DNA of 64,000 nucleotides from contig CANRJC010000011.1 in assembly GCA_947630795.1 (NCBI GenBank), positions 11,161 through 75,160 on the forward strand. Reading direction: 5' to 3'. The notes beneath the pieces are model-generated. The model was given only the letters and a program-made list of their open reading frames with translations, was not told the DNA's origin and did no database searches. Both the position numbers and the translations under genes were made by a program. Each line of letters begins with the position of its first letter. Position 1 is the first letter of the stretch. Shown piece by piece: positions 39,709 through 49,548 of the stretch. Source of the stretch: an uncultured Phascolarctobacterium sp. GTDB taxonomy: Bacteria; Bacillota; Negativicutes; Acidaminococcales; Acidaminococcaceae.

Positions 39709-39872
39709 GAGAAAAGGCGGCGAGCGTCGCCCCCATGCTTCGGCTTTTACTGTTTTCGAAAGTCCCGACGGTGTGCGGCCTTCCCGGTCGTGCGCCGTTC
39801 TTTTTTTTGAGCAACGCTGATGAGAGGGAAGAGGGCCGTTTTCTGAAGATTTTTTCAGCAGACATTAACACT

Positions 39873-40020
39873 AATCTTGAAAAGGTGTAAAATTCGGCTT
39901 ATATTAATCTTGAAAAGGTGTAAAATTCGGCTTTCATTATTCTTGAAAACGTGTTAAAATCAAAATTGATCTTGGAAAAAGCACAAGATCCGTGCAAAGC
40001 AGATCTTGAAAGGTGGTAAC
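39873..40020 (+). repeat. five tandem ~32-bp units headed by ATCTTGAAAAGGTG (each unit is promoter-like)
   Basis: Units start at about 39874, 39907, 39940, 39969 and 40003. The first reads TTGAAA-17 nt-TATATT. The array runs into the RBS of the ATPase gene. Confidence 0.85.
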
Positions 40021-41373
40021 ATGAAACGCAAGCTCATGGAGCAGATGCTCAGCTGGAAAGAAAAGAGCGCAGGCAAGACAGCCTTGCTGATCGACGGGGC
40101 CAGACGCGTAGGCAAAAGCTATATCGCGGAAAAATTCGCCCGCGAAAACTACAAGTCTTACATTTTGATCGATTTCAACAGGGCCGATGAGCAGGTGAGG
40201 ACTTTATTCGACCAATACCTGAACGATCTCGACACCCTCTTCATGTACCTTTCTGCGATATACAAAGTGAAATTGTACCCGGGAGAGTCTCTCATCATCT
40301 TCGATGAAGTGCAGCTCTGTCCGCGGGCGAGAGCCGCCGTCAAATATCTGGTAGCAGACGGCAGATACCACTATCTGGAGACGGGCTCGCTGCTGTCCAT
40401 CCACGAAAATGTTGCGGACATCGTGATACCGTCGGAGGAGAGGCATCTCAAACTCTATCCCATGGACTTCGAAGAATTCCTGTGGGCGCTGGATGAAACG
40501 GCGCTGCTCGGCGTTATCAGGAATAATTTCGAGAAAAGGCAGCCCCTGGGGCAAGCGCTCCACAGAAAGGCGATGACCCTCTTCAGACAGTACATCATCA
40601 TAGGCGGGATGCCCCAGGCGATCAACGCCTACCTGCAGACGAAGAGCTTCGAAGAGGCGGACCTGGTGAAGAGAGACATCCTGGAGCTCTATCGGCAGGA
40701 TATCGCCAAACATGCAAGAGGCTACGAGAGAAAAGTGAGCTCCCTCTTTGACGAGATACCCGAACAGCTCTCCAAGCACGAAAAGAAGTTCACCTTGGCA
40801 GCCCTCGGACGCGGGAGCAGGTTTAGAGATTACGAAAGCTCCTTTTTGTGGCTGGAAGATTCGATGATCTGCAATATCTGCTACAATTCGACGGCGCCCA
40901 ATGTGGGCATCCGCCTGAACAGGGACAGGAACACTTTGAAGCTCTATATGGGGGATACCGGACTGCTGATCAGTTTGGCCTTCGATGAGAACGGGCTCAT
41001 CTCGGAGGATATCTATCAGAAGCTGCTGCTGGGCAAACTGGATATCAATGAAGGGATGATCTTCGAGAACATCGTCGCGCAGATGCTGACTGCGTCCGGC
41101 CACAAACTCTATTTTTATTCCAACCCTTCGCGAAATGACAGCGGGGAGAGGATGGAGATCGATTTTCTCATCTCGAAGAGAAGGACCACCGACAGACACA
41201 ATGTGTCCCCGATAGAAGTGAAATCCGGCAAGCGCTATACCTATTCGTCGCTGAAGAAATTCAAAGAAAAATACAAAGAAGAACTGGATGTTCCTTACAT
41301 CCTGCATACTGCGGATCTTGCGGAGAAAGAAGATATCAGACTGCTGCCCGTATATATGGCTTGGCTGCTGTAG
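40021..41373 (+). CDS. AAA+ ATPase of the AAA_14/DUF4143 type
   Basis: Walker A GARRVGKS, Walker B LIIFDEVQ, and a C-terminal EIDFLI ... PIEVKSG restriction-endonuclease-fold-like motif, typical of DUF4143 proteins. Confidence 0.85.
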   Translation: MKRKLMEQMLSWKEKSAGKTALLIDGARRVGKSYIAEKFARENYKSYILIDFNRADEQVRTLFDQYLNDLDTLFMYLSAIYKVKLYPGESLIIFDEVQLCPRARAAVKYLVADGRYHYLETGSLLSIHENVADIVIPSEERHLKLYPMDFEEFLWALDETALLGVIRNNFEKRQPLGQALHRKAMTLFRQYIIIGGMPQAINAYLQTKSFEEADLVKRDILELYRQDIAKHARGYERKVSSLFDEIPEQLSKHEKKFTLAALGRGSRFRDYESSFLWLEDSMICNICYNSTAPNVGIRLNRDRNTLKLYMGDTGLLISLAFDENGLISEDIYQKLLLGKLDINEGMIFENIVAQMLTASGHKLYFYSNPSRNDSGERMEIDFLISKRRTTDRHNVSPIEVKSGKRYTYSSLKKFKEKYKEELDVPYILHTADLAEKEDIRLLPVYMAWLL

Positions 41374-41427
41374 CCCGGCGGGAGCTGCGCTGTCTCCGTC
41401 TTCGCTTTTTGCAGATCATCGTCACTG

Positions 41428-41474
41428 ATCTTGAAAAGGTGTAAAATTCGGCTTATATTAATCTTGAAAAGGTG
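41428..41474 (+). repeat. 47-bp perfect direct repeat of 39874-39920
   Basis: ATCTTGAAAAGGTGTAAAATTCGGCTTATATTAATCTTGAAAAGGTG is identical on both sides of the ATPase gene. Confidence 0.9.
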
Positions 41475-41555
41475 CATCGCTCTTATACACCCTACTTTTA
41501 CGATCACACCGACGGTGCGCGGTATAAGCAACGGTGCAAAAAGGTTTTATCTGAA

Positions 41556-41903
41556 ATGAAAAAAAACGAGTATAACACTTTGGAAGAATTCACATCGCAA
41601 TATATAGGCGTATGGGGACCGTCCGACGGTCATTGGTTCGGGCTGGATTTTATATATAAAGGAGTTGAATACAGATTTCATACTTGGGCAATGTATAAAG
41701 ACGAGAGGAAAATTTTGCCTGACGGACGCAAGATAGTTTTTCGACTCTATAGGAAAAATGAAGAAGATATCTCGGGAAAAGACTACGTCCTATTGGGAGA
41801 ATTTGCGACTATGGAAGATGCATTGGATAGTACATGCATCGAAGGCACTCCTTTTCGTGAGATCATCATGGACGACGACACCGAGTTGCAGGGACAAGAT
41901 TGA
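41556..41903 (+). CDS. immunity-like small protein, copy 1
   Basis: 115 aa. From nt 41580 on it is identical to copy 2 (offset exactly 800 nt). The start is set at the ATG equivalent to copy 2. The in-frame upstream 28 codons look like the tail of a lost toxin-like gene. Confidence 0.65.
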   Translation: MKKNEYNTLEEFTSQYIGVWGPSDGHWFGLDFIYKGVEYRFHTWAMYKDERKILPDGRKIVFRLYRKNEEDISGKDYVLLGEFATMEDALDSTCIEGTPFREIIMDDDTELQGQD

Positions 41904-41969
41904 GCTAAGACAGGCAGAGTATTCACCTTTGACGGATTATCAAATTTTTCCTATAAAGGAGGTATCATA

Positions 41970-42359
41970 ATGGGATCACGAGGAGCTTTCGTAGATGTAA
42001 ACAGAGGAGACTTTACCTTTAAGGCTGGCGGTAAACATTACAAAACAATCGGTGTTTTGAGCGATGATCCTAATGTTAAGATCATCATTCAGGATGCGCC
42101 AAATGTAAAAGCGCCGGAGTATTCTCATACACCGGGCCGAATATATGCAGTAGTAAAAAACGGTATACTCAAACACTTGGCGTATTACGATGAAAATCAC
42201 AACCAAGCTGTAAATATCGATCTGGCGCACAGTCACGACGGAGTAAAACCGCACCGACATATTTATATGAATCATGACAAAGACTCACCTGGTGTTCCTC
42301 CTAATGCTGCAGAACTAGCTCTGATAGCTAAAATAAAAAAGGAGTTTCATTTGAAATGA
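41970..42359 (+). CDS. small His-rich protein, possible orphan toxin-domain cassette
   Basis: 129 aa with an AAGGAGG RBS. The stop overlaps the start of copy 2 (ATGA). Motifs HSHDGVKPHRHIY. No family recognised with confidence. Confidence 0.6.
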   Translation: MGSRGAFVDVNRGDFTFKAGGKHYKTIGVLSDDPNVKIIIQDAPNVKAPEYSHTPGRIYAVVKNGILKHLAYYDENHNQAVNIDLAHSHDGVKPHRHIYMNHDKDSPGVPPNAAELALIAKIKKEFHLK

Positions 42360-42703
42360 GAAAAAACGAGTATAAATCTTTGGAAGAATTCACATCGCAA
42401 TATATAGGCGTATGGGGACCGTCCGACGGTCATTGGTTCGGGCTGGATTTTATATATAAAGGAGTTGAATACAGATTTCATACTTGGGCAATGTATAAAG
42501 ACGAGAGGAAAATTTTGCCTGACGGACGCAAGATAGTTTTTCGACTCTATAGGAAAAATGAAGAAGATATCTCGGGAAAAGACTACGTCCTATTGGGAGA
42601 ATTTGCGACTATGGAAGATGCATTGGATAGTACATGCATCGAAGGCACTCCTTTTCGTGAGATCATCATGGACGACGACACCGAGTTGCAGGGACAAGAT
42701 TGA
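42356..42703 (+). CDS. immunity-like small protein, copy 2
   Basis: 115 aa, translationally coupled to the preceding gene. 324 nt are identical to copy 1. Confidence 0.7.
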   Translation: MRKNEYKSLEEFTSQYIGVWGPSDGHWFGLDFIYKGVEYRFHTWAMYKDERKILPDGRKIVFRLYRKNEEDISGKDYVLLGEFATMEDALDSTCIEGTPFREIIMDDDTELQGQD

Positions 42704-42904
42704 GCGGCGGAGCCGAAGGCCAAGGCGTATTTATCTTTGCCTTTTTGAAACGAGCGTCGATGATAAAAGGTGAGGCGCTTTCGCCTTCGTCTTTTGCAAA
42801 CGAGGGCTGCTCAAAAAATTTTCTCTTCATGCGCAAAACTGCATATATTTGTTTGACGGCGGGAAATGTTGGGTGTAAAATAGGAGCAGTAAGAGTTTGC
42901 TCCT

Positions 42905-42996
42905 TTAATCGGGTCCCGTGAGACTTCAAGGCAGAAACTTCCCAGTCGTTGCTCAGGCCTTCTGGTGTCCGCTCGGGACGCCGGAAGGCTTTTTTG
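42905..42996 (+). promoter_or_regulatory. pyr operon attenuator: PyrR-box-like element plus an intrinsic terminator
   Basis: GGTCCCGTGAGACTTCAAGG resembles the PyrR binding loop (..UCCAGAGAGGCU..). A strong hairpin GCCTTCTGGTGTCC-GCTC-GGGACGCCGGAAGGC plus TTTTTT (42956-42995) lies about 20 nt before the pyrB start. Confidence 0.5.
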
Positions 42997-43016
42997 GTAC
43001 AGGAGGTATAAAGTGC

Positions 43017-43976
43017 ATGGCTAAAAGCGACATATCTCTGGGCGGCAGAGATATACTGGACCTGGGCAGCCTCAGCAATGAGGAGATCGCTTTGATCTTG
43101 CAAACTGCCGCGGAAATGAAAAAGATCATGAAGAGGGACATCAAAAAAGTTCCTTCCCTGCGGGGAAAGTCCGTCATCAACCTCTTCTACGAACCCAGCA
43201 CCCGCACCCGCACCTCGTTTGAATTGGCGGGCAAATATTTGGGCGCCGACGTGGTGAACATCACCACCTCCTCTTCCAGCGTGGTGAAAGGCGAGTGCCT
43301 GCGTGACACCATCCTTACGGTGCAGTCGATGAACTGCGACGCCATCGTGATGCGCCACCCCATCGAAGGCGCAGCCGCATATGCCGCCAAGGTGGCCAAG
43401 CCCGTGGTGATCAACGCCGGCGACGGCGCTCACGCTCATCCCTCCCAAGGCCTGCTGGATCTTTACACCATCAAAGAAGCGGGGAAGAAGGTAGGCCCCG
43501 GGCTGAAGATGGCCATTTTGGGCGACATCCTCTACAGCCGCGTGGCCCGCACCAACATCGTGGCCTGGACTAGGCTGGGCGCCGAAGTGCACGTGGCCGG
43601 GCCCATGACCCTCATCCCTCACGATATAGAAGCTTTGGGCGTGAAAGTGCACAGCAGAGTGGAAGACGCCATCGAAGGAGCCGACGTCATCGACGTGCTG
43701 CGCATCCAGCTGGAGCGGCAGAAGAAGGGGCTCTTCCCCACCACCAGAGAGTATGCCCGGGTGTGGGGCCTGAACGAAAAACGTTTGGCCTTGGCCAAAA
43801 AAGACGTGCTGGTGCTGCACCCCGGCCCCATGAACAGAGGCTTGGAGATCTCGTGGGAAGTGGGCTACTGCGACAACGCCTACATCCGCGACCAGGTGCA
43901 GAACGGCGTGGCCGTGCGCATGGCTCTATTGTTCTTGACTTTGACGGGAGGGAAGCACTTTGAGAACCTTGATTAA
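43017..43976 (+). CDS. pyrB: aspartate carbamoyltransferase catalytic subunit
   Basis: The in-frame ATG after an AGGAGG RBS gives MAKSDISLGGRDILD. FYEPSTRTRTSFE, HPSQGLLD and HPGPMNRG motifs. Confidence 0.93.
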   Translation: MAKSDISLGGRDILDLGSLSNEEIALILQTAAEMKKIMKRDIKKVPSLRGKSVINLFYEPSTRTRTSFELAGKYLGADVVNITTSSSSVVKGECLRDTILTVQSMNCDAIVMRHPIEGAAAYAAKVAKPVVINAGDGAHAHPSQGLLDLYTIKEAGKKVGPGLKMAILGDILYSRVARTNIVAWTRLGAEVHVAGPMTLIPHDIEALGVKVHSRVEDAIEGADVIDVLRIQLERQKKGLFPTTREYARVWGLNEKRLALAKKDVLVLHPGPMNRGLEISWEVGYCDNAYIRDQVQNGVAVRMALLFLTLTGGKHFENLD

Positions 43977-45255
43977 AAACGGCAGGGTAGTGGACCCCGC
44001 TCAAAAGTTGGATGCGGTGCTGGACATCCTGATCGAAGACGGCCGCATCAAAAAACTGGCCCCCGCCATCATTGAAGCCGCCGACACCGTTTACGATGCC
44101 GCAGGCTTGGTGGTGTGCCCCGGTCTCGTCGACGTTCACACTCACTTGCGCGAACCGGGCTTAGAAGCTAAAGAAGACATCATCACAGGCACCATGGCCG
44201 CCGCCGCCGGCGGCGTCACCACCGTGGCCTGCATGCCCAACACCAAACCGGTCATTGACACCTCCATCATCGTCAGCGGCATCAAAGAAAGAGCCGCCAA
44301 AGAAGCTTATGCTCACGTGGAAGTGATCGGCGCCATCAGCAAGGGCGAAAAAGGCGAAGAACTGTCCGAGATGGTGGACATGGCCCAAAAGGGAGCCATG
44401 GCCTTTTCCGACGACGGCCACTACGTGAAGAGCAGCCGCCTCTTCCTCCTGGCCGCCCGCTACATCGCCCCCTTCGGCAAGGCCCTCATCTGCCACGACA
44501 TCGACCCCGAATTGGACGCGGAAGGCTATATGCACGAAGGTGCCGTTTCCGCCCGCATCGGCGTGCCCGGCGTGCCTGCCATCGCCGAAGATATCTGCGT
44601 GGCGAGAGACTGCATCATCTCCGAATATACGGGAGCTCACGTCCACATCGCTCACGTGGCTTCCAAAGGAGCCATCGACATCATCCGTCAGGCGAAGAAG
44701 AAGGGCATCAACGTCACCTGCGAAGTGGCGGTGCAGCACCTCACCCTCACCGACGAAGCCTGTGCCACTTATGACTCCGCCGCCAGAGTGAACCCGCCGC
44801 TCAGGAGTTTCGATCACGTGCAAGCTCTGCGGGAAGCGGTTTTAGACGGCACCGTGGACGCCATCGTCACCGATCACGCGCCCCACGCTCCCGAAGAAAA
44901 GGACGTGGAGTTCCGCTATGCCCCCAACGGTTTTTGCGGGCTGGAAACTTCACTGGGCGTGATGCTGACGGATCTTTATCACACCGGCATCTTCGACCTT
45001 GCCACCATCATCGATAAAATGAGCTGCAGCCCCGCCCGACTCTTCGGGCTGGATGCAGGCACTTTGCGGGAAGGGGCAGCGGCCGACCTTACCGTCATCG
45101 ATCTTGATAAAGAGTGGACAGTAGACCCCGACAAATTTTATACCCGGGGCAAGGCCACGCCCTATGCAGGCAAAGTTTGCCGGGGCAAAGCGGTGGCCAC
45201 CGTGCTTTCCGGCCGCTTCGTAATGAGAGATGGTGTAGTATGCACGAACAAGTAA
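43960..45255 (+). CDS. pyrC: dihydroorotase
   Basis: PGLVDVHTHLREPG, DDG and ITDHAPH-like (VTDHAPHAPEEK) motifs. 431 aa. TTG start overlapping the pyrB end. Confidence 0.92.
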   Translation: MRTLIKNGRVVDPAQKLDAVLDILIEDGRIKKLAPAIIEAADTVYDAAGLVVCPGLVDVHTHLREPGLEAKEDIITGTMAAAAGGVTTVACMPNTKPVIDTSIIVSGIKERAAKEAYAHVEVIGAISKGEKGEELSEMVDMAQKGAMAFSDDGHYVKSSRLFLLAARYIAPFGKALICHDIDPELDAEGYMHEGAVSARIGVPGVPAIAEDICVARDCIISEYTGAHVHIAHVASKGAIDIIRQAKKKGINVTCEVAVQHLTLTDEACATYDSAARVNPPLRSFDHVQALREAVLDGTVDAIVTDHAPHAPEEKDVEFRYAPNGFCGLETSLGVMLTDLYHTGIFDLATIIDKMSCSPARLFGLDAGTLREGAAADLTVIDLDKEWTVDPDKFYTRGKATPYAGKVCRGKAVATVLSGRFVMRDGVVCTNK

Positions 45256-46334
45256 GACTGGGAAAACTTTGTTTGATCGACGGCAGCGTTTATCACGGCC
45301 GTCTTTACGGCGGCGAAAGGCAGGCAGTGGGGGAGGTGGTGTTCACCACCGGCATGAGCGGCTATCAGGAGACCCTCACCGATCCGTCTTTTTGCAGCCA
45401 GATCGTGGTGATGACCTATCCTCTCGTGGGGAACTACGGCATCAACCCCATGTTCGACCAAGGGCGCCGCTCCTATTTCGCCGGCTATGTGATTGGCGAC
45501 CTGTGCGACTGCCCCAGCAATTGGCGCTGTGAAAGCACTTTGGAAGCTTTTCTGAAAGAGCAAGAGCTGCCCTGCCTGACGGGAGTAGACACCCGCAGCA
45601 TCACGAGAAAGATCCGCAGCCACGGCGTTTTAAAAGGCGTCATCGTGGCTGAAGAAACATCGGATGAAGAAGTGCAGGCCCTGCTGGCCTCCCCCGACGT
45701 GCACGACCAGATCGCGCAAGTCACTACGCCCAATATCTACACTTTGGGCCACAGGAGCAAAAAATATCACGTGGCAGTGCTGGACCTGGGCATCAAGCAG
45801 AACATTTTGAACTTTCTGCAGCTCTTCGACTGCCACCTCACCGTCTTCCCCGCCTTCACGAGCGCGGAAGAGATCTTGCGCTACGACCCCGACGGCATCT
45901 TCCTCTCCAACGGGCCCGGCGACCCCAAGGACGTGCCGGAAGTGATCGAAAACATCAAAAAGCTGATGGGGCAGCGGCCCATCTTCGGCATCTGCATGGG
46001 CCATCAATTGCTGGCCCTGGCCAACGGCGCCGACACTTACAAGATGAAGTTCGGCCACAGAGGCATCAACCAGCCGGTGAAAGACCTGCGGCAAAATAAG
46101 ATCTACATCTCTTCCCAGAACCACGGCTTCGCCGTGGACGAGAAGTCGCTGGCAGGGAAGGGCATCACCGTCACCCACATCTCCATGAACGACGGCACTG
46201 TAGAAGGGTTGGAATATCGGGACCATCCCTCTTTCGCCGTGCAGTATCATCCCGAGGCCTGCCCCGGCCCCGGCGGTCACGAATATCTCTTCCAACACTT
46301 CATCGATCTAATGGAGGGCCGTCACCATGCCTAA
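45240..46334 (+). CDS. carA: carbamoyl-phosphate synthase small (glutaminase) subunit
   Basis: The internal ATG gives [43 protein letters not shown] and HGFAV motifs. Confidence 0.92.
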   Translation: MHEQVRLGKLCLIDGSVYHGRLYGGERQAVGEVVFTTGMSGYQETLTDPSFCSQIVVMTYPLVGNYGINPMFDQGRRSYFAGYVIGDLCDCPSNWRCESTLEAFLKEQELPCLTGVDTRSITRKIRSHGVLKGVIVAEETSDEEVQALLASPDVHDQIAQVTTPNIYTLGHRSKKYHVAVLDLGIKQNILNFLQLFDCHLTVFPAFTSAEEILRYDPDGIFLSNGPGDPKDVPEVIENIKKLMGQRPIFGICMGHQLLALANGADTYKMKFGHRGINQPVKDLRQNKIYISSQNHGFAVDEKSLAGKGITVTHISMNDGTVEGLEYRDHPSFAVQYHPEACPGPGGHEYLFQHFIDLMEGRHHA

Positions 46335-49300
46335 GCTGAAAGATGTGAAAAAAGTTCTGGTCATCGGTTCGGGCCCCATCATCATCGGTCAGGCCGCCGA
46401 GTTCGACTACGCCGGCTCTCAGGCCTGCCGGGCGCTGAAAGAGGAAGGGCTGGAAGTGGTGCTGGTGAATTCCAACCCCGCCACCATCATGACCGACGTC
46501 CACATCGCCGATAGGGTGTATGTGGAGCCTATCAGCGTGGAATTTTTGGAAAATATCATCAAGAAAGAACGCCCCGACTCTTTGCTGGCCACTTTAGGCG
46601 GGCAAGTGGGCCTGAACATGGCCATGGAATTGGAAGAGAAGGGCATTTTGAGCGAATATCACGTGCGTCTTTTGGGCACCCAGATCGCCGCTATTCGTCG
46701 CGGTGAAGACAGGGAGCTGTTCAAAGAGACCATGGAGAAGATCCATCAGCCCATCCCCGAGAGCACCATCGTGGAGACGGTGATGGCCGCCTGCAGCTTC
46801 GCCCGTCAGATAGGCTATCCCCTCATCGTCCGCCCCGCCTACACCTTGGGCGGCACCGGCGGCGGCATCGCCAACGACGAAGACGAACTGGTGGACATCG
46901 TGCAGAAAGGCCTGGGCTACAGCCCCATCGGCCAGTGCCTCATCGAGAGGAGCATCGCCGGCTGGAAAGAGATCGAGTACGAAGTGATCCGCGACGCCAA
47001 CGACAACTGCATCACCGTCTGCTCCATGGAAAACGTGGACCCGGTGGGCGTGCACACCGGCGACTCCATCGTGGTGGCCCCGGTACAAACTCTCAACGAT
47101 AAAGAAGTGCAATTGATGCGGCAGGTGTCTATCGACATCGTGAGGGCTTTGGGGGTGGTAGGCGGCTGCAACGTGCAGCTGGCTCTCGATCCCTATTCCG
47201 AAAATTATTACGTCATCGAAGTAAACCCTCGGGTGAGCCGTTCTTCTGCCCTGGCCTCCAAAGCCACCGGTTATCCCATCGCCAAGGTGACCGCCAAGAT
47301 CGCCGTGGGCTATACCTTAGACGAGATCGAAAATGCGGTGACCAAAAAGACCAAGGCCTGCTTCGAGCCCACCATCGATTACATCGTGCTGAAGTTCCCC
47401 CGCTGGCCCTTCGATAAATTCGTCACCGCCGACCGCACCCTGGGCACCCAGATGAAGGCCACCGGCGAAGTGATGGCCATCGAGCGCAGCTTCGAAGCTT
47501 CCATGCTGAAGGCCATCCGCTCCTTGGAGATAGGCCTCACCCACATCCAAATGCCGGAACTGACGAAGCTCAGCGATGCAGAAGTGAAAGAGCGGATCGC
47601 CCTCATCGACGATCAGCGCATCTTCGCCGTGGCGGAAGGGCTGCGCCGGGGCATGACCATCGACGAGATCAATGCCGTCACCAAGATCGACAAGTGGTTC
47701 CTCTCCAAGATCCAAAACATCGTGAAGATGGAAAAAACTTTGGCCACTCATCCTCTCACGCCCTCGCTGCTGAAGAGAGCCAAACGCCTGGGCTTTGCCG
47801 ACAGCGTCATCGGCGGCATCGTGGGGAAGACGGCCATGGAGATAAGAAGCGAGAGAAAAGCAGCCGGCATCATCCCCACCTATAAAATGGTAGACACCTG
47901 CGCCGCCGAGTTCGAGGCCGCCACTCCCTACTATTATTCCTGCTACGAAGAGGAAGACGAAGTAGAAGTTACGCCTCATAAAAAAGCGGTGGTGCTGGGC
48001 TCCGGTCCCATCCGCATCGGCCAGGGCGTAGAATTCGACTATTGCTCCGTCCACTGCGTGTGGGCCTTGAAAGAATTGGGTTACGAGACCATCATCATCA
48101 ACAATAACCCGGAGACGGTGTCCACTGACTTCGACATCTCCGATAAGCTCTACTTCGAGCCGTTGACCACCGAAGACGTGCTGAACGTCATCGATAAAGA
48201 AAGGCCCGAAGGCGTCATCGTCCAGTTCGGCGGCCAGACCGCCATCAACCTGGCCGGGCCTTTGGCCGCTGCCGGCGTGAACATTTTGGGCAGCAGCGTG
48301 GACAGCATCGACAGAGCAGAGGACAGAGAACGCTTCGACGAACTGTTGAGCGAGTGCGGCATCCCCCGGCCCAAGGGACACACGGTGTTCGACACCGAAG
48401 GCGCTTTGGCTGCCGCTCACGACGTGGGCTATCCCGTTATGGTGCGCCCCTCTTACGTGCTGGGCGGCAGGGCCATGGAGATAGTTTACAACGACGAAGA
48501 GCTGAAGCACTACATGTCCAGCGCAGTGAAAGCTTCCCATGAACACCCGGTGCTGGTGGACCACTACATTTTGGGCACCGAAGTGGAAGTGGACGCCATC
48601 TGCGACGGCAAAGAAGTGCTGCTGCCGGGCATTATGCAGCATGTGGAACGCACCGGCGTCCACAGCGGCGACTCCATCGCCGTCTATCCGCCTCTTTCTT
48701 TGAGCGAAGCGGTGATCAAGACCATCATCAAATATACGAACCAGATGGCGCTGGGCCTGGAAGTGAAGGGCATGATCAACATCCAGTACATCGTGCGGGA
48801 TGAAAATGTGTACGTCATCGAAGTGAACCCCCGCTCCAGCCGCACCGTGCCCTATCTCTCCAAGGTCACCGGCGTTTCCATGGTGGACGTGGCCACCATG
48901 TGCGCCATGGGCCGCAGCTTGAGAGAGCAGGGCTACAAGCCGGGGCTGAGGATGTTCCCCGATTATTACGCCGTGAAGGCCCCCGTCTTCTCCTTCAACA
49001 AGATGAGCAACGTAGACATCACCTTGGGGCCGGAGATGAAATCTACCGGCGAAGTGATGGCCTGCGACTATCAATTCAGCCGGGCCCTCTACAAAGCCTG
49101 CATCGCCTCCGGCATCAACGTGCCTCACGAAGGGGCCATCCTCATCACCGTGGCCGATATGGACAAAGAAGAAGCGGTAGAGATTGCCCGGGGCTTCGAA
49201 GAATTGGGCTACGTGGTGACCGCCACCGGCGGCACAGCCAAATATTTGGAAGAGCACGGCATCCACGTGGTGCGGGCCACCAAAGTGAGCGAAGGTTCGC

Positions 49301-49536
49301 CCAACATCATCGACGACATCAAGGCCGGCCGCATCTCCATGGTCATCAACACCACCAACCACGGCCGCGATGCGGAAAGAGACGGCTTCAAGATCCGCCG
49401 CTCTACGGTAGAGCACGCCATCCCCTGCCTCACCAGCATGGACACCGCCAGAGAACTGCAGCGGGTGATGACCGCCATGCGCCGCCGCCGGGTGGTGAGC
49501 GTCATGGCTCTGCAAGACCTCACTTATGATGATTGA
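46327..49536 (+). CDS. carB: carbamoyl-phosphate synthase large subunit
   Basis: 1069 aa with duplicated ATP-grasp halves ([24 protein letters not shown] and [22 protein letters not shown]) and a C-terminal MGS-like domain. Confidence 0.97.
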   Translation: MPKLKDVKKVLVIGSGPIIIGQAAEFDYAGSQACRALKEEGLEVVLVNSNPATIMTDVHIADRVYVEPISVEFLENIIKKERPDSLLATLGGQVGLNMAMELEEKGILSEYHVRLLGTQIAAIRRGEDRELFKETMEKIHQPIPESTIVETVMAACSFARQIGYPLIVRPAYTLGGTGGGIANDEDELVDIVQKGLGYSPIGQCLIERSIAGWKEIEYEVIRDANDNCITVCSMENVDPVGVHTGDSIVVAPVQTLNDKEVQLMRQVSIDIVRALGVVGGCNVQLALDPYSENYYVIEVNPRVSRSSALASKATGYPIAKVTAKIAVGYTLDEIENAVTKKTKACFEPTIDYIVLKFPRWPFDKFVTADRTLGTQMKATGEVMAIERSFEASMLKAIRSLEIGLTHIQMPELTKLSDAEVKERIALIDDQRIFAVAEGLRRGMTIDEINAVTKIDKWFLSKIQNIVKMEKTLATHPLTPSLLKRAKRLGFADSVIGGIVGKTAMEIRSERKAAGIIPTYKMVDTCAAEFEAATPYYYSCYEEEDEVEVTPHKKAVVLGSGPIRIGQGVEFDYCSVHCVWALKELGYETIIINNNPETVSTDFDISDKLYFEPLTTEDVLNVIDKERPEGVIVQFGGQTAINLAGPLAAAGVNILGSSVDSIDRAEDRERFDELLSECGIPRPKGHTVFDTEGALAAAHDVGYPVMVRPSYVLGGRAMEIVYNDEELKHYMSSAVKASHEHPVLVDHYILGTEVEVDAICDGKEVLLPGIMQHVERTGVHSGDSIAVYPPLSLSEAVIKTIIKYTNQMALGLEVKGMINIQYIVRDENVYVIEVNPRSSRTVPYLSKVTGVSMVDVATMCAMGRSLREQGYKPGLRMFPDYYAVKAPVFSFNKMSNVDITLGPEMKSTGEVMACDYQFSRALYKACIASGINVPHEGAILITVADMDKEEAVEIARGFEELGYVVTATGGTAKYLEEHGIHVVRATKVSEGSPNIIDDIKAGRISMVINTTNHGRDAERDGFKIRRSTVEHAIPCLTSMDTARELQRVMTAMRRRRVVSVMALQDLTYDD

Positions 49537-49548
49537 GAGGCGCACTTT

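Noticed and set aside
39873-40020. Possible CRISPR array (regularly spaced ~32-bp repeats).
   Set aside because: The units are contiguous with no unique spacers between them and degenerate progressively. Each resembles a -35/-10 promoter, and there are no cas genes nearby. This is a tandem repeat, not a CRISPR array.
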